DNA from: Oscillospiraceae bacterium
GTDB lineage: Bacteria; Bacillota; Clostridia; Oscillospirales; Oscillospiraceae
DNA: 24,000 bases
NCBI GenBank assembly: GCA_022795735.1
Contig: JAAWHG010000007.1
Span: 49,770-73,769 of the forward strand
Direction: 5' to 3'
Shown here one piece after another: positions 15,212-23,044 of the stretch (the first letter of the stretch is position 1; each line of letters opens with the position of its first letter). The notes beneath the pieces are model-generated. The model had not been told where the DNA came from. It did not search any database and worked only from the letters and a program-made list of their open reading frames with translations. Position numbers and translations under genes: made by a program.

Positions 15212-15493
15212 TTGAAAGGGGATATTAACAATGGGACAAAGATTAAGAAACAGAACCCGGAAATCACAACTGTCACAATGCCCGGAACTGTATCTCCTAA
15301 TAATAATCAAGATCTTTTGTATGCAGTTCGGTTGCTGGAGGGTACTGGAGCTGGAATTGACAAAAGTGAACAGAGAAAAATTCTGAATGAAGATCTGTGC
15401 GATGATATTCAGGAAGTAATTGATATTGTTGATCAAACCAAAGACCCTGGCATTCTCCTGCCTGATGGCCGGGTCCTGTCATGGATTGCCTGA
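15212..15493 (+). CDS. Hypothetical protein
   Basis: TTG start with AAAGGA 5 nt upstream. The downstream sequence (LLYAVRLLEGTGAGIDKSEQRKILNEDLCDDIQEVIDIVDQTKDPGILLPDGRVLSWIA) is protein-like. The start is uncertain; ATG at 15278 is an alternative. Confidence 0.55.
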   Translation: MKGDINNGTKIKKQNPEITTVTMPGTVSPNNNQDLLYAVRLLEGTGAGIDKSEQRKILNEDLCDDIQEVIDIVDQTKDPGILLPDGRVLSWIA

Positions 15494-15498
15494 CAGCG

Positions 15499-15532
15499 CC
15501 CCACTCCCCACCCCCGCGCGCCCCGCAAAGGC
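15499..15532 (-). repeat. GCCTTTGCGGG 11-mer, copy e (minus orientation), plus four G-runs on the minus strand
   Basis: The plus strand has cccgcaaaggc at 15522-15532, part of the perfect hairpin CCCGC-aaag-GCGGG. C-runs lie at 15499-15502, 15506-15509, 15511-15515 and 15521-15524, which is a G4-type motif on the minus strand. Confidence 0.7.
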
Positions 15533-15575
15533 GGGAATCGAAATGTGAATGGATTTAGAAATGGAGGTATAACAA

Positions 15576-15740
15576 ATGAAGGCGTATGATATTGAATGGG
15601 ACACAGATGATTCCGAAGGGACGGCGTTACCGAAAGAAATTGATATCCCGGCTGGGATGACGGATATTGACGAAATCTCAGACTATATTTCTGATGAAAC
15701 AGGATTTTGTCACAAGGGTTTCAAACTGAAAACAGACTAA
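15576..15740 (+). CDS. Small acidic protein (54 aa), below the ORF-track cutoff
   Basis: GGAGGT RBS 7 nt upstream. MKAYDIEWDTDDSEGTALPKEIDIPAGMTDIDEISDYISDETGFCHKGFKLKTD*. Followed by a strong terminator. Confidence 0.7.
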   Translation: MKAYDIEWDTDDSEGTALPKEIDIPAGMTDIDEISDYISDETGFCHKGFKLKTD

Positions 15741-15769
15741 GGGACAACCTGATTATATATTAAGCCCCC

Positions 15770-15801
15770 GGCTCCTGCGGTTTTCGCAGGAGCCGTTTTT
15801 T
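15770..15801 (+). terminator. Rho-independent terminator
   Basis: ggctcctgcg (15770-15779) pairs with cgcaggagcc (15785-15794), followed by GTTTTTT. Confidence 0.8.
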
Positions 15802-15809
15802 CGTGCAGC

Positions 15810-15838
15810 CTGATAATTAAAAATTTTTCCCGTATTGT
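15810..15838 (+). promoter_or_regulatory. Promoter P3 (CTGATA-N17-TATTGT, CCCG 5' of the -10)
   Basis: CTGATAattaaaaatttttCCCGTATTGT, immediately after the terminator and 35 nt before the ATG at 15873. Confidence 0.5.
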
Positions 15839-15872
15839 CAATCAGAACAAAAACAAAGGGGGTTTAAAAAGG

Positions 15873-16157
15873 ATGTTGAAACAATATGAGTGGGAGCAAA
15901 TCGAGAAACTTATTGCTGACAATAGTTTTCCAGATCAATTTGAATGTGAGATCGAACCGGCGATGCTGGGAGGTAAGCCGCATGATTGGCTGCTCTGGAA
16001 TCAACTGAGCGCTCTGTGGACGGCGCTTTGCATCCATTTCAGCTTGGAGCCTGATACAAATGATTACGACCACCGTGTTATGTACATTTGGAATCAGATA
16101 GGCTGTGAAGGAGATTTTGACGACTTCGACCTTTTTATGAGCCGATTTCTTTGTTAA
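15873..16157 (+). CDS. Hypothetical protein
   Basis: 94-aa ORF, first gene after P3, acidic, no family recognised. Confidence 0.65.
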   Translation: MLKQYEWEQIEKLIADNSFPDQFECEIEPAMLGGKPHDWLLWNQLSALWTALCIHFSLEPDTNDYDHRVMYIWNQIGCEGDFDDFDLFMSRFLC

Positions 16158-16175
16158 TTTAGGGAGGAAATGAAA

Positions 16176-16895
16176 ATGAAAAAGGAATATATCGACGCAT
16201 GTGAGAATCTTGGCTGGACGGTATATGAAGATGAGGACAGCTGGGTGGAGTTGTCAAGGCGCTCTCCGGCTGGAGAAGACTTCTATTTCAGTGTCAATAC
16301 GGAAGACTTTGTAGAGGAGATCAATGAATACGCAGCCAGCTTCGACGTGGATGAGCATGTCGAACAATGGATACCGAGTCGAGGGAAGAAAGGTGTTCCC
16401 TCCAGTATTCGTGAACTGTTGGAAGATGCTGAGGCTATAAAGAAAATGCTGAAAGAATTATCCGCTAAATTGACGGGGGAAGTGTATGAGGGCATTTGTC
16501 CAATTTGTGGCGTCCCCATTGAATATTACGACAATAAGCCAATTGATCGTGGCCATGTTTATTTTTGGACCTGTTCAAAATGCGGAACATCCGGCGAAGA
16601 GAAATGCAGTCATGTGTTCGACGGACATCACTACCGCGTTATTGACGGACATGGGAATCTGTTTTCATCTGAAGGTATCCGGTTTGGTGATGGAACTCCA
16701 ACTGCACCTAATCCACTGGATGAACACGAAGGAATTTGCCCGGTTTGTGGTGCATCTATTGAATACTCAGGTGACAGTGATCAGATTGGGGAATATGGAA
16801 GCCGCCATTGGGAATGTCTGAAATGTGGAGCCTCTGGCAATGAGGGATACAAGGAAGTGTTTGTTGAACATCATTTGACAGCCTATGTTCTTTAA
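16176..16895 (+). CDS. Hypothetical protein with two copies of a zinc-ribbon module
   Basis: GGAGG at 16163-16167 favours the ATG at 16176 over 16170. EGICPICGVPIEYYD...WTCSKCGTSGEE...VFDGHH is repeated as EGICPVCGASIEYSG...WECLKCGASGNE...VFVEHH. Confidence 0.75.
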   Translation: MKKEYIDACENLGWTVYEDEDSWVELSRRSPAGEDFYFSVNTEDFVEEINEYAASFDVDEHVEQWIPSRGKKGVPSSIRELLEDAEAIKKMLKELSAKLTGEVYEGICPICGVPIEYYDNKPIDRGHVYFWTCSKCGTSGEEKCSHVFDGHHYRVIDGHGNLFSSEGIRFGDGTPTAPNPLDEHEGICPVCGASIEYSGDSDQIGEYGSRHWECLKCGASGNEGYKEVFVEHHLTAYVL

Positions 16896-16927
16896 AAAAT
16901 TACCAACCAATGAAAGGAGAACCTGTA

Positions 16928-17677
16928 ATGAAGGTTTTGTACTTCAAGGGAGCTGAATGAAGTGGCACTGAGGTCAGCAAAGCGACCATTAGCGACTACC
17001 GGATTCGTACCGCCTTCGATCTGAACGATGGAAAAGCGGTGTATCTGGAAATTATCGGTTCTGAACACACGAAATACAGTTCGCCGTAAATTCACAAATG
17101 GCCGTATACCGGCTTTGCAGATTCCTGTTTCTATATCACCGACGAGAAGCAGAACAATAATGAAAACAAACACAGAATCCGGCTGACTGACAAGCGGAGA
17201 ATTTTTGAGTATACAGAAAAGTCCATCTTAAAATTTGTCAATAAACTTGGCGCTAACTTTGACGCAATCAGAGTTGTCAATGATTTGGGCGGATTCAGGG
17301 TGATTAAGGAGAAATATTCTAATCATAATCCGTCTAATTTTAATTACGGCGACGAATTTGTTTATGATGCGGAAATGGTATCTCGCCGACAAATGGTCTA
17401 TGACAAGATTTCTGAAATCGAAAAAGCGGAACTGGCGGAGGACAGAGCAAACCATGGCAACAAGTTTGTTCACTCTCCCGGCCCAATCGACTACCCCAAC
17501 TTCTCTCTGTGGGTTGATGAAGAAAACGCTGGTGTCCCGCATCTCCAGCGCCATTTCAATGGCTATAACAAGCACTGGGTAATCTGCACTGATTGTGGGG
17601 AAACGCTGGATGATTGGATGGGGTCGATGACAGAGGCGCCGCTTGGGCAGTATGTTAAAAAGGCAATTAAAATTTAA
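16928..17677 (+). pseudogene. 250-codon coding-like frame interrupted by in-frame TGA (16958-16960) and TAA (17087-17089), with no frameshift
   Basis: AAAGGAGAA RBS, then ATG at 16928. I verified codon by codon that 16928-17677 is a single frame: MKVLYFKGAE*SGTEVSKATISDYRIRTAFDLNDGKAVYLEIIGSEHTKYSSP*IHKWPYTGFADSCFYITDEKQNNNENKHRIRLTDKRRIFEYTEKSILKFVNKL... It runs into track ORF 17285-17677, which may still be expressed on its own. Confidence 0.6.
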
Positions 17678-17692
17678 AAGGGAGATATGAAT

Positions 17693-18121
17693 ATGTATAG
17701 TAACACTGTAGATAGTCTTCTGAAAGCAATTTTAAGCTGCGGAAGTATGGATCTCGAAATGCTGAATGATGTCAAATATGACTTCGATGAAATCATTGAA
17801 CAGCTCGACGATGAACCTCTTCAAAATGTGGGCTTTAACGGCTTTATGAGAGCCGTCGTAGATGTTGGAATTATATATCTCCAGGAAGCTATCGACGACC
17901 GAATTTGCGAATTGGAAGCGATTTATTCCGAAAGGGATCTGGAGGATGAAGAAGAGGAAGAACTCGCTGTCTTGCGGCGTCTTGATCCCAATTACGATAT
18001 TGAGGCTTACTTTAATTGCCTGGATACTCGTGTGTATTTTCTGAACAATGAAGAAGCATACCGGACATATATGGCGGATGCTATTGATTCGTTTGCGGAC
18101 AATACAGGATTAAATCTGTGA
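17693..18121 (+). CDS. Acidic hypothetical protein
   Basis: GGGAG RBS 8 nt before the ATG at 17693; the ATG at 17687 is too close to the RBS. Contains an acidic stretch, DLEDEEEEE. Confidence 0.7.
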   Translation: MYSNTVDSLLKAILSCGSMDLEMLNDVKYDFDEIIEQLDDEPLQNVGFNGFMRAVVDVGIIYLQEAIDDRICELEAIYSERDLEDEEEEELAVLRRLDPNYDIEAYFNCLDTRVYFLNNEEAYRTYMADAIDSFADNTGLNL

Positions 18122-18143
18122 CTAAAAACAGGAGGAATGTGAA

Positions 18144-18377
18144 ATGAAACCTTATTACATTGTTTCCATGGACTGCGGGTCCGCGCAGTCGTTTGATGAG
18201 GCAGTAGAGATTGCGAGAAAATATGCAGAAAAAGATATCGGCACTGTGAGAATTATGGGCCGCGACCAACACGATATGGTGACAGAAACAGCCGTCTGCC
18301 TTCCTGATGGCGGTGTATTTGGGGGAAAGACTTCAAATAAGTCTGAATCGTCGGAAGAGTTGACACGGATAATGTAA
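18144..18377 (+). CDS. Small hypothetical protein
   Basis: AGGAGGA RBS, 77 aa. Confidence 0.7.
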   Translation: MKPYYIVSMDCGSAQSFDEAVEIARKYAEKDIGTVRIMGRDQHDMVTETAVCLPDGGVFGGKTSNKSESSEELTRIM

Positions 18378-18463
18378 CATGCCGTTCTGCTTATCAATGG
18401 AATCCTTCGCATGAAAGGATCCAAAATTTCTTGTGAGACGTTAAGACGCAACATAAAAGGCTA

Positions 18464-18507
18464 AACCAGCCGTCGCATTTCAAGTGCGGCGGCTGGTTTG
18501 TTTTTTT
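18464..18507 (+). terminator. Rho-independent terminator
   Basis: aaccagccg...cggctggtt long stem, followed by TGTTTTTTT. Confidence 0.8.
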
Positions 18508-18535
18508 GCCTTTGCGGGAGTGCGCGGCTGCGCAC
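18508..18535 (+). repeat. GCCTTTGCGGG 11-mer, copy c, plus mini-hairpin GTGCGC-ggct-GCGCAC
   Basis: Exact 11-mer at 18508-18518 and a perfect 6-bp hairpin at 18520-18535. The arrangement is the same as at 9714-9739. Confidence 0.8.
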
Positions 18536-18551
18536 ATTTTGTGAGATGAGA

Positions 18552-18580
18552 CTAATATAACAAAATGATTCCCGTATAAT
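18552..18580 (+). promoter_or_regulatory. Promoter P4 (CTAATA-N17-TATAAT, CCCG 5' of the -10)
   Basis: CTAATAtaacaaaatgattCCCGTATAAT, 46 nt before the ATG at 18626. Confidence 0.55.
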
Positions 18581-18625
18581 CAAATCAGCATAGGAAAAAT
18601 GCTGTTTTGAAAGGAGAAAGTTTTT

Positions 18626-18979
18626 ATGACCAGTGAATTGGAGCGTGAGTACCGCAAGGAACTTTTTAAACTCATGCAGGAAAATCCGGATCTGCCTGTT
18701 GTTCCATTTGTGAATATCGAGGTTGTGGCCGGAGACGGCTTTGGGAAGTGGATGGGTAGCTGGGGGAGTGCTCGTGTGGATGAATACCTCATTCCAGCGA
18801 GGGACTGGGAACCGGTGATTTTCAAGAGTGGAAACTACGACGTCTCAGATATCCTTGAGAAATATCTTTCTTATGAGGAATTTGATGAACTCCCGGATGC
18901 CCCAAGTGAGTGGTTAAAACTTTATGATGCGCTTCCGTGGAAGAAGGCAATTATCGTTGATATCACCTTGCCAGAGTGA
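18626..18979 (+). CDS. Hypothetical protein
   Basis: AAAGGAGAAAG RBS, 117 aa. Confidence 0.75.
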   Translation: MTSELEREYRKELFKLMQENPDLPVVPFVNIEVVAGDGFGKWMGSWGSARVDEYLIPARDWEPVIFKSGNYDVSDILEKYLSYEEFDELPDAPSEWLKLYDALPWKKAIIVDITLPE

Positions 18980-19012
18980 AAAGGAAAATTGAAAAGATAA
19001 GGAGAATTTAAC

Positions 19013-19339
19013 ATGCTGCTTTTTGTGGATAAAGAGTATCGTAATAAAATTCGTAAGAATCGAAAAGCCTTGTTGAAGGCATATTCGGACACCAAAAGCC
19101 CCGAAGCCGCCGCTGCAACACTTGCGGTTGAAATTGGTTTGAAGGATGCGCAAGAAATTGTGGCGATAATGATAACGGCCAAAAGAGGGATCGACTGCGG
19201 GATCAGCGCGAAAAACCACGAGTGGGCCAACAAAGTATTGTGCGGTAATGCGGACGATTTTGCAGGGGCGGGGATTTTCTACTGTAGCCAAATTTGTCCT
19301 GTTTATCTGAACCGGATTGCAAACGACCTAAGAGAGTGA
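19013..19339 (+). CDS. Hypothetical protein
   Basis: AAGGAGAA RBS, 108 aa. Confidence 0.7.
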   Translation: MLLFVDKEYRNKIRKNRKALLKAYSDTKSPEAAAATLAVEIGLKDAQEIVAIMITAKRGIDCGISAKNHEWANKVLCGNADDFAGAGIFYCSQICPVYLNRIANDLRE

Positions 19340-19347
19340 AGAAAGTC

Positions 19348-19908
19348 ATGAGCGATAAGGAAAGAATTCTGATGTGCCTGGTCACTGGAATATTCAGGCG
19401 AAGTCTGTATATCTCCGAAAGCGTAAGCAAGTGGAGAGAATCACAACCCGGAATCTTTAGTGGAGAAAACCCTCTTATGCCAGGCGATTTGGTCATGGCA
19501 AGCACCACATTGGATCCCAATGAGTTTATGGTTGGATTCGTAGAGCGTATTTGTGCGGATCATGTTGTAATCAGAGAAATCGGGGGAAATCGTCTATGCA
19601 ACTATTACAATGAGCATTTCTATAGAATTGATAAAGAAATTCTGGGGAATGAGATTCTGGAAGGGACTCAGTACGTAACGTACCGAAAGGTTCTAAAGGC
19701 ATTTTCCAAGTCGGATAATTCATTTATGATTCGATTCCAATCAATTAGTTTTGATAAAAACATATGTACTGTGAGCGCACGAAAATGCTTTTCGGACGAA
19801 ACGCTTTATACCGTGTCGTTTAAGTACAACAAGAAAACAACAATCAAAAGCATAGTTGAAATATTAAACAAGGAAGGTGAGAGGGCTAACAAGGAAAGTA
19901 ACAAATAA
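19348..19908 (+). CDS. Hypothetical protein
   Basis: ATG at 19348 (MSDKERIL...), chosen because the upstream part of track ORF 19294-19908 overlaps the previous gene. The RBS is weak. Confidence 0.65.
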   Translation: MSDKERILMCLVTGIFRRSLYISESVSKWRESQPGIFSGENPLMPGDLVMASTTLDPNEFMVGFVERICADHVVIREIGGNRLCNYYNEHFYRIDKEILGNEILEGTQYVTYRKVLKAFSKSDNSFMIRFQSISFDKNICTVSARKCFSDETLYTVSFKYNKKTTIKSIVEILNKEGERANKESNK

Positions 19909-19931
19909 CATCAAACTAGCAGGAGGATAAA

Positions 19932-20204
19932 ATGGAATTATCTAATACTCTATGCAAAAAGGCAATACATGTAATCGGGTTGGATTACAAGAAACCGTAT
20001 ACCCGTCATGGGAAAAAGTTCTACCGCCCATATCGCAATAGGTGGGCAGGGAAGGACGCAGAGCTTGATCAATTGGCAGACGCTGGGCTGATGAGGAAGA
20101 ACGTTGATGAGACCGGAGAACACTGCTGGTATTGGTTTACCCGCAGCGGTTTGGATTGGCTCGGCGAACAACTCGATATAAAAATTTTGCCGAAAGACAA
20201 ATAA
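19932..20204 (+). CDS. Small basic hypothetical protein
   Basis: AGGAGGA RBS, 90 aa, K/R/W-rich. Possibly DNA-binding, but this is a guess. Confidence 0.7.
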   Translation: MELSNTLCKKAIHVIGLDYKKPYTRHGKKFYRPYRNRWAGKDAELDQLADAGLMRKNVDETGEHCWYWFTRSGLDWLGEQLDIKILPKDK

Positions 20205-20232
20205 CTTTATTAAACAAAAGGAGAATTTAATT

Positions 20233-20610
20233 ATGAATATCAATCTGACTCACAGTGAACTGACCAGCCTCATTGCTGCACTCGACCTGGCAATCCAGGA
20301 TAAAGGCGATGCAGCCAAATGCACAACAGACGCTGACGATAAGGCTGACTGCCAAAGCGAAGCGGAAATATTGTCTGGTATTCAAGCGAATATTCTGCGG
20401 CAAATGGCGTCGAACCACAGTATTTCTGTTGCCGTAGAGGTCAGAGGCGGTCTTGTGCAGAATATCTATTCTAATGGGGACGTGTCGGCTGAGGTCTATA
20501 ATCTGGATATTTCAGACTTCCCTGATGAGGGGGAGGAAGATGAGGCAGACAGACGTTCCAAAGAATTGGAGGAACTGTGTCGCCAGCCCGGATGGAAAGC
20601 TATTTGGTAA
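20233..20610 (+). CDS. Acidic hypothetical protein
   Basis: AAGGAGAA RBS, 125 aa. Confidence 0.7.
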   Translation: MNINLTHSELTSLIAALDLAIQDKGDAAKCTTDADDKADCQSEAEILSGIQANILRQMASNHSISVAVEVRGGLVQNIYSNGDVSAEVYNLDISDFPDEGEEDEADRRSKELEELCRQPGWKAIW

Positions 20611-20634
20611 ATAAACGAAAGGCGGGAAATCCAA

Positions 20635-20904
20635 ATGACGATCAGAGAGTTGACTCATACGCAGCAATTTATCGAAGAAACAAAGGAATATATTCAAAAA
20701 CTCAATCATGCTGCTGGAAGTGATGCGGCCATTCATGATGCCTTGAATAATATTTTCTGCAAATTCATGGATGGAAAAGGAATAGAGATTTGCGTGGTCC
20801 TTCAAAATGCATACAAGCATTTGGGCGATTACGGTAACTTGCTGGACGACATTGCAGCGGCGACCGAAATTTCCTGGCCGCCTGAATGTGTAAACAAGAA
20901 ATGA
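20635..20904 (+). CDS. Hypothetical protein
   Basis: 89-aa ORF in operon context; weak RBS. Confidence 0.6.
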   Translation: MTIRELTHTQQFIEETKEYIQKLNHAAGSDAAIHDALNNIFCKFMDGKGIEICVVLQNAYKHLGDYGNLLDDIAAATEISWPPECVNKK

Positions 20905-20920
20905 GAAAGGGAGATCATCA

Positions 20921-21136
20921 ATGAAGATCGTGCAACAATACATTTGCGAAGTCTGTGGCACTCAGTATGCAGACAAGGAGCAAGCGGAGAAATGTGAATC
21001 CAACCACAAGAAGGACCTGAAAATTACAAACCTCCGCTATCTGCCTATCACCTCCGATGCCAGCGGCCTCCCCACAACCATCACAATCGAATATAAAGAG
21101 GGGAAATATACGAGGACTGCTACGTACAAGCGTTAG
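20921..21136 (+). CDS. Small protein with an N-terminal CxxC...C motif
   Basis: AGGGAGA RBS. MKIVQQYICEVCGTQYADKEQAEKCESNH. Confidence 0.7.
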   Translation: MKIVQQYICEVCGTQYADKEQAEKCESNHKKDLKITNLRYLPITSDASGLPTTITIEYKEGKYTRTATYKR

Positions 21137-21181
21137 GGTCTGTAAACAAGATTATATTTTTTGAAAGGATTGTTCAATATT

Positions 21182-22039
21182 ATGAGCATAATTGTGAACA
21201 TACCAACGACAGAAGTGTCTGAAAACACATATCTCAACGATTTGCGTTCAAATCCCAACAATATGTCAAATTGGTTGCCGGCTATCATTCCAGCAGATGG
21301 AGAAGAAAGACTACTGCGTATCCCTAAGACACTCATCGTGCAAGTTCCAGATGATGTCTGCAAGAGTTTCTTTATGGATTACTATAACAAAGACAGGGAG
21401 CGGATTATTCAATTCGTCAAAGAACAGGTAATGCCGAAGGTAAAAGAAGTGGGGATCTATCCTAGTATGTTCATAAAAAACGGAGGATTTTCTGATAAGT
21501 ACCAATTCAATCTCTGTACACCCGGCCCAGACGAAGTGGACATGGCAATGAATCTCATTAAAATGAATTATGATGCCCTCTGCTTTGGTGCGGACGGGAT
21601 TACGGAGGTCTGTATACGGGAACTCATCCCACACAATACAAAGACGACACCCTGCATCTATCATGGGATGCCGCTCAGACCTGAATTCAGAGTCTTTTAT
21701 GATTTTGACCGACATCAGCCGCTCTATATCGTCAACTACTGGGATTGGGATTACTGCCACGATGCTATATGCCGGGATTACACAGACAAGATTGTGTATG
21801 AAGCATATTACCCACGGCTGCTTGACCAATACAATGAGTACAAAGACAGTGTTATAGAAATGGTTGCCGCTGATATGGCATCTGTTTCCGCGCTCAAAGG
21901 CATTTGGTCAGTAGATGTGATGCTTTGCGAATCGCAGGAGCGTCAAAAGGAATATGAAGGGTTTTGGCTTATCGATATGGCTATTGGCTGTCGGTCTGCA
22001 TATTGGAATCCAGAATATGTTCAAGTGGAGGAAACGTAA
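21182..22039 (+). CDS. Hypothetical protein, tentatively ATP-grasp-like fold
   Basis: ATG at 21182, inside track ORF 21161-22039. The motif order MFIKNGGFSDK ... CIRELIP ... RPEFRVFY ... WSVDVML ... FWLIDMAIG resembles the ATP-grasp pattern (Lys strand, hinge E, E-x-R-v-f, two acidic metal ligands). The canonical E-x-N is replaced by D-M-A. Confidence 0.6.
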   Translation: MSIIVNIPTTEVSENTYLNDLRSNPNNMSNWLPAIIPADGEERLLRIPKTLIVQVPDDVCKSFFMDYYNKDRERIIQFVKEQVMPKVKEVGIYPSMFIKNGGFSDKYQFNLCTPGPDEVDMAMNLIKMNYDALCFGADGITEVCIRELIPHNTKTTPCIYHGMPLRPEFRVFYDFDRHQPLYIVNYWDWDYCHDAICRDYTDKIVYEAYYPRLLDQYNEYKDSVIEMVAADMASVSALKGIWSVDVMLCESQERQKEYEGFWLIDMAIGCRSAYWNPEYVQVEET

Positions 22040-22261
22040 ATGATAACTTTGAAGGAAGCGTTTAAACTGTGCCGCATAGATGACAGAGAAGTTGTGCATT
22101 TTTGCGACAGCGTGGAACAGGAAAAAATGTGGAGTTGGCCGATGACAGGGAAAGAGGTCAGGGAAAAGTACGACATGAAGAACACGATAGTTACGAGCAT
22201 TCTTCCGCACTTCTGCTGTGGCGAGTTTAAGGGATTCTCCTTCGTATTACGCAAACATTGA
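22040..22261 (+). CDS. Small hypothetical protein
   Basis: The ATG directly abuts the preceding TAA (taaatg). 73 aa. Confidence 0.65.
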   Translation: MITLKEAFKLCRIDDREVVHFCDSVEQEKMWSWPMTGKEVREKYDMKNTIVTSILPHFCCGEFKGFSFVLRKH

Positions 22262-22266
22262 TTTAA

Positions 22267-22301
22267 AACAGGGCCTCTTTTTCAAGAGGCTCTGTTTTTT
22301 T
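22267..22301 (+). terminator. Rho-independent terminator
   Basis: gcctct (22273-22278) pairs with agaggc (22285-22290), with flanking acag/ctgt, followed by T7. Confidence 0.75.
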
Positions 22302-22315
22302 GATTTGTGTACTTG

Positions 22316-22344
22316 CTAATATATAAAATATTTTCCCGTACAAT
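22316..22344 (+). promoter_or_regulatory. Promoter P5 (CTAATA-N17-TACAAT, CCCG 5' of the -10)
   Basis: CTAATAtataaaatattttCCCGTACAAT, directly after the terminator and 72 nt before the ATG at 22416. Confidence 0.5.
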
Positions 22345-22415
22345 TTGTCAGCGTATAAAAATGTTGTTATCAAAAAGACAACTAACTGCAAAAGGATAAA
22401 GAAGGGAGCTTTAAA

Positions 22416-23018
22416 ATGGCAAACCGAGTTGCTGTCTTCAAAAGTCAAAAAGGCTATTTCATGACCCCCATCTTCCCCCCAACGCTTCCCTGGCCCCAAA
22501 TTGTACATAAGTTCATTCAGGCCAAAACGCTTGAAGAGTTTGAGAGGGTATGCGTGTGGGCGCAGGGGGCAAAGGTGGAAAGAATGCCTCGCACCTACTC
22601 AGAGCCTGAGGTAGATGAACATCTTCTGGTCTATGAGGATTTGGGAACAACGGGATTCTCACAAACATATAAATGCCCTCGCTGTGGATATATGGAGCAA
22701 GTCGGATTTTTCCCCGATGGCAGATCCGGGCGAATCCCCGGCTCCTGTATGCAGTGTGGGGAGAAAATGCAGTGCGAAACATATCCGCTGACTGCGGAAA
22801 TGTGGAAGGTTGCGATTGATATGCTGCATTCCAAGCCGGGAGAGTTTCTGGTTGGTGACAGACCCGTCAAGATTCTGAAGATTATTGGATTCAATGGCGG
22901 GGATATTCAGCATCAGATCCTGTATCGGGACTGGACAACCGCCATTACACACAAACTTGGGCATTGCCCCGAGGATGGCATTCCAAATGTTCGACGGTTT
23001 TATATAGAACCCAAATAA
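22416..23018 (+). CDS. Hypothetical protein with a zinc ribbon (CPRCG...CMQCG)
   Basis: AGGGAG RBS, 200 aa. Confidence 0.75.
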   Translation: MANRVAVFKSQKGYFMTPIFPPTLPWPQIVHKFIQAKTLEEFERVCVWAQGAKVERMPRTYSEPEVDEHLLVYEDLGTTGFSQTYKCPRCGYMEQVGFFPDGRSGRIPGSCMQCGEKMQCETYPLTAEMWKVAIDMLHSKPGEFLVGDRPVKILKIIGFNGGDIQHQILYRDWTTAITHKLGHCPEDGIPNVRRFYIEPK

Positions 23019-23044
23019 AATTAATTTTTTAAAGGAGAATTGTT

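Noticed and set aside
14948-15436. 162-aa minus-strand ORF
   Set aside because: It crosses a terminator, a promoter and an intergenic AT-rich stretch. It has N/I/F/S-rich composition and no RBS.
18378-18463. In-frame open stretch of 27 codons after the TAA of the 18144-18377 gene, as another readthrough candidate
   Set aside because: My rough estimate is that a stop-free run this short has about a one-in-four chance of arising by accident. The translated text (HAVLLINGILRMKGSKISCETLRRNIKG) is not compelling.
21311-21829. 172-aa minus-strand ORF
   Set aside because: It is antisense inside the 286-aa plus-strand gene, which has the operon context.
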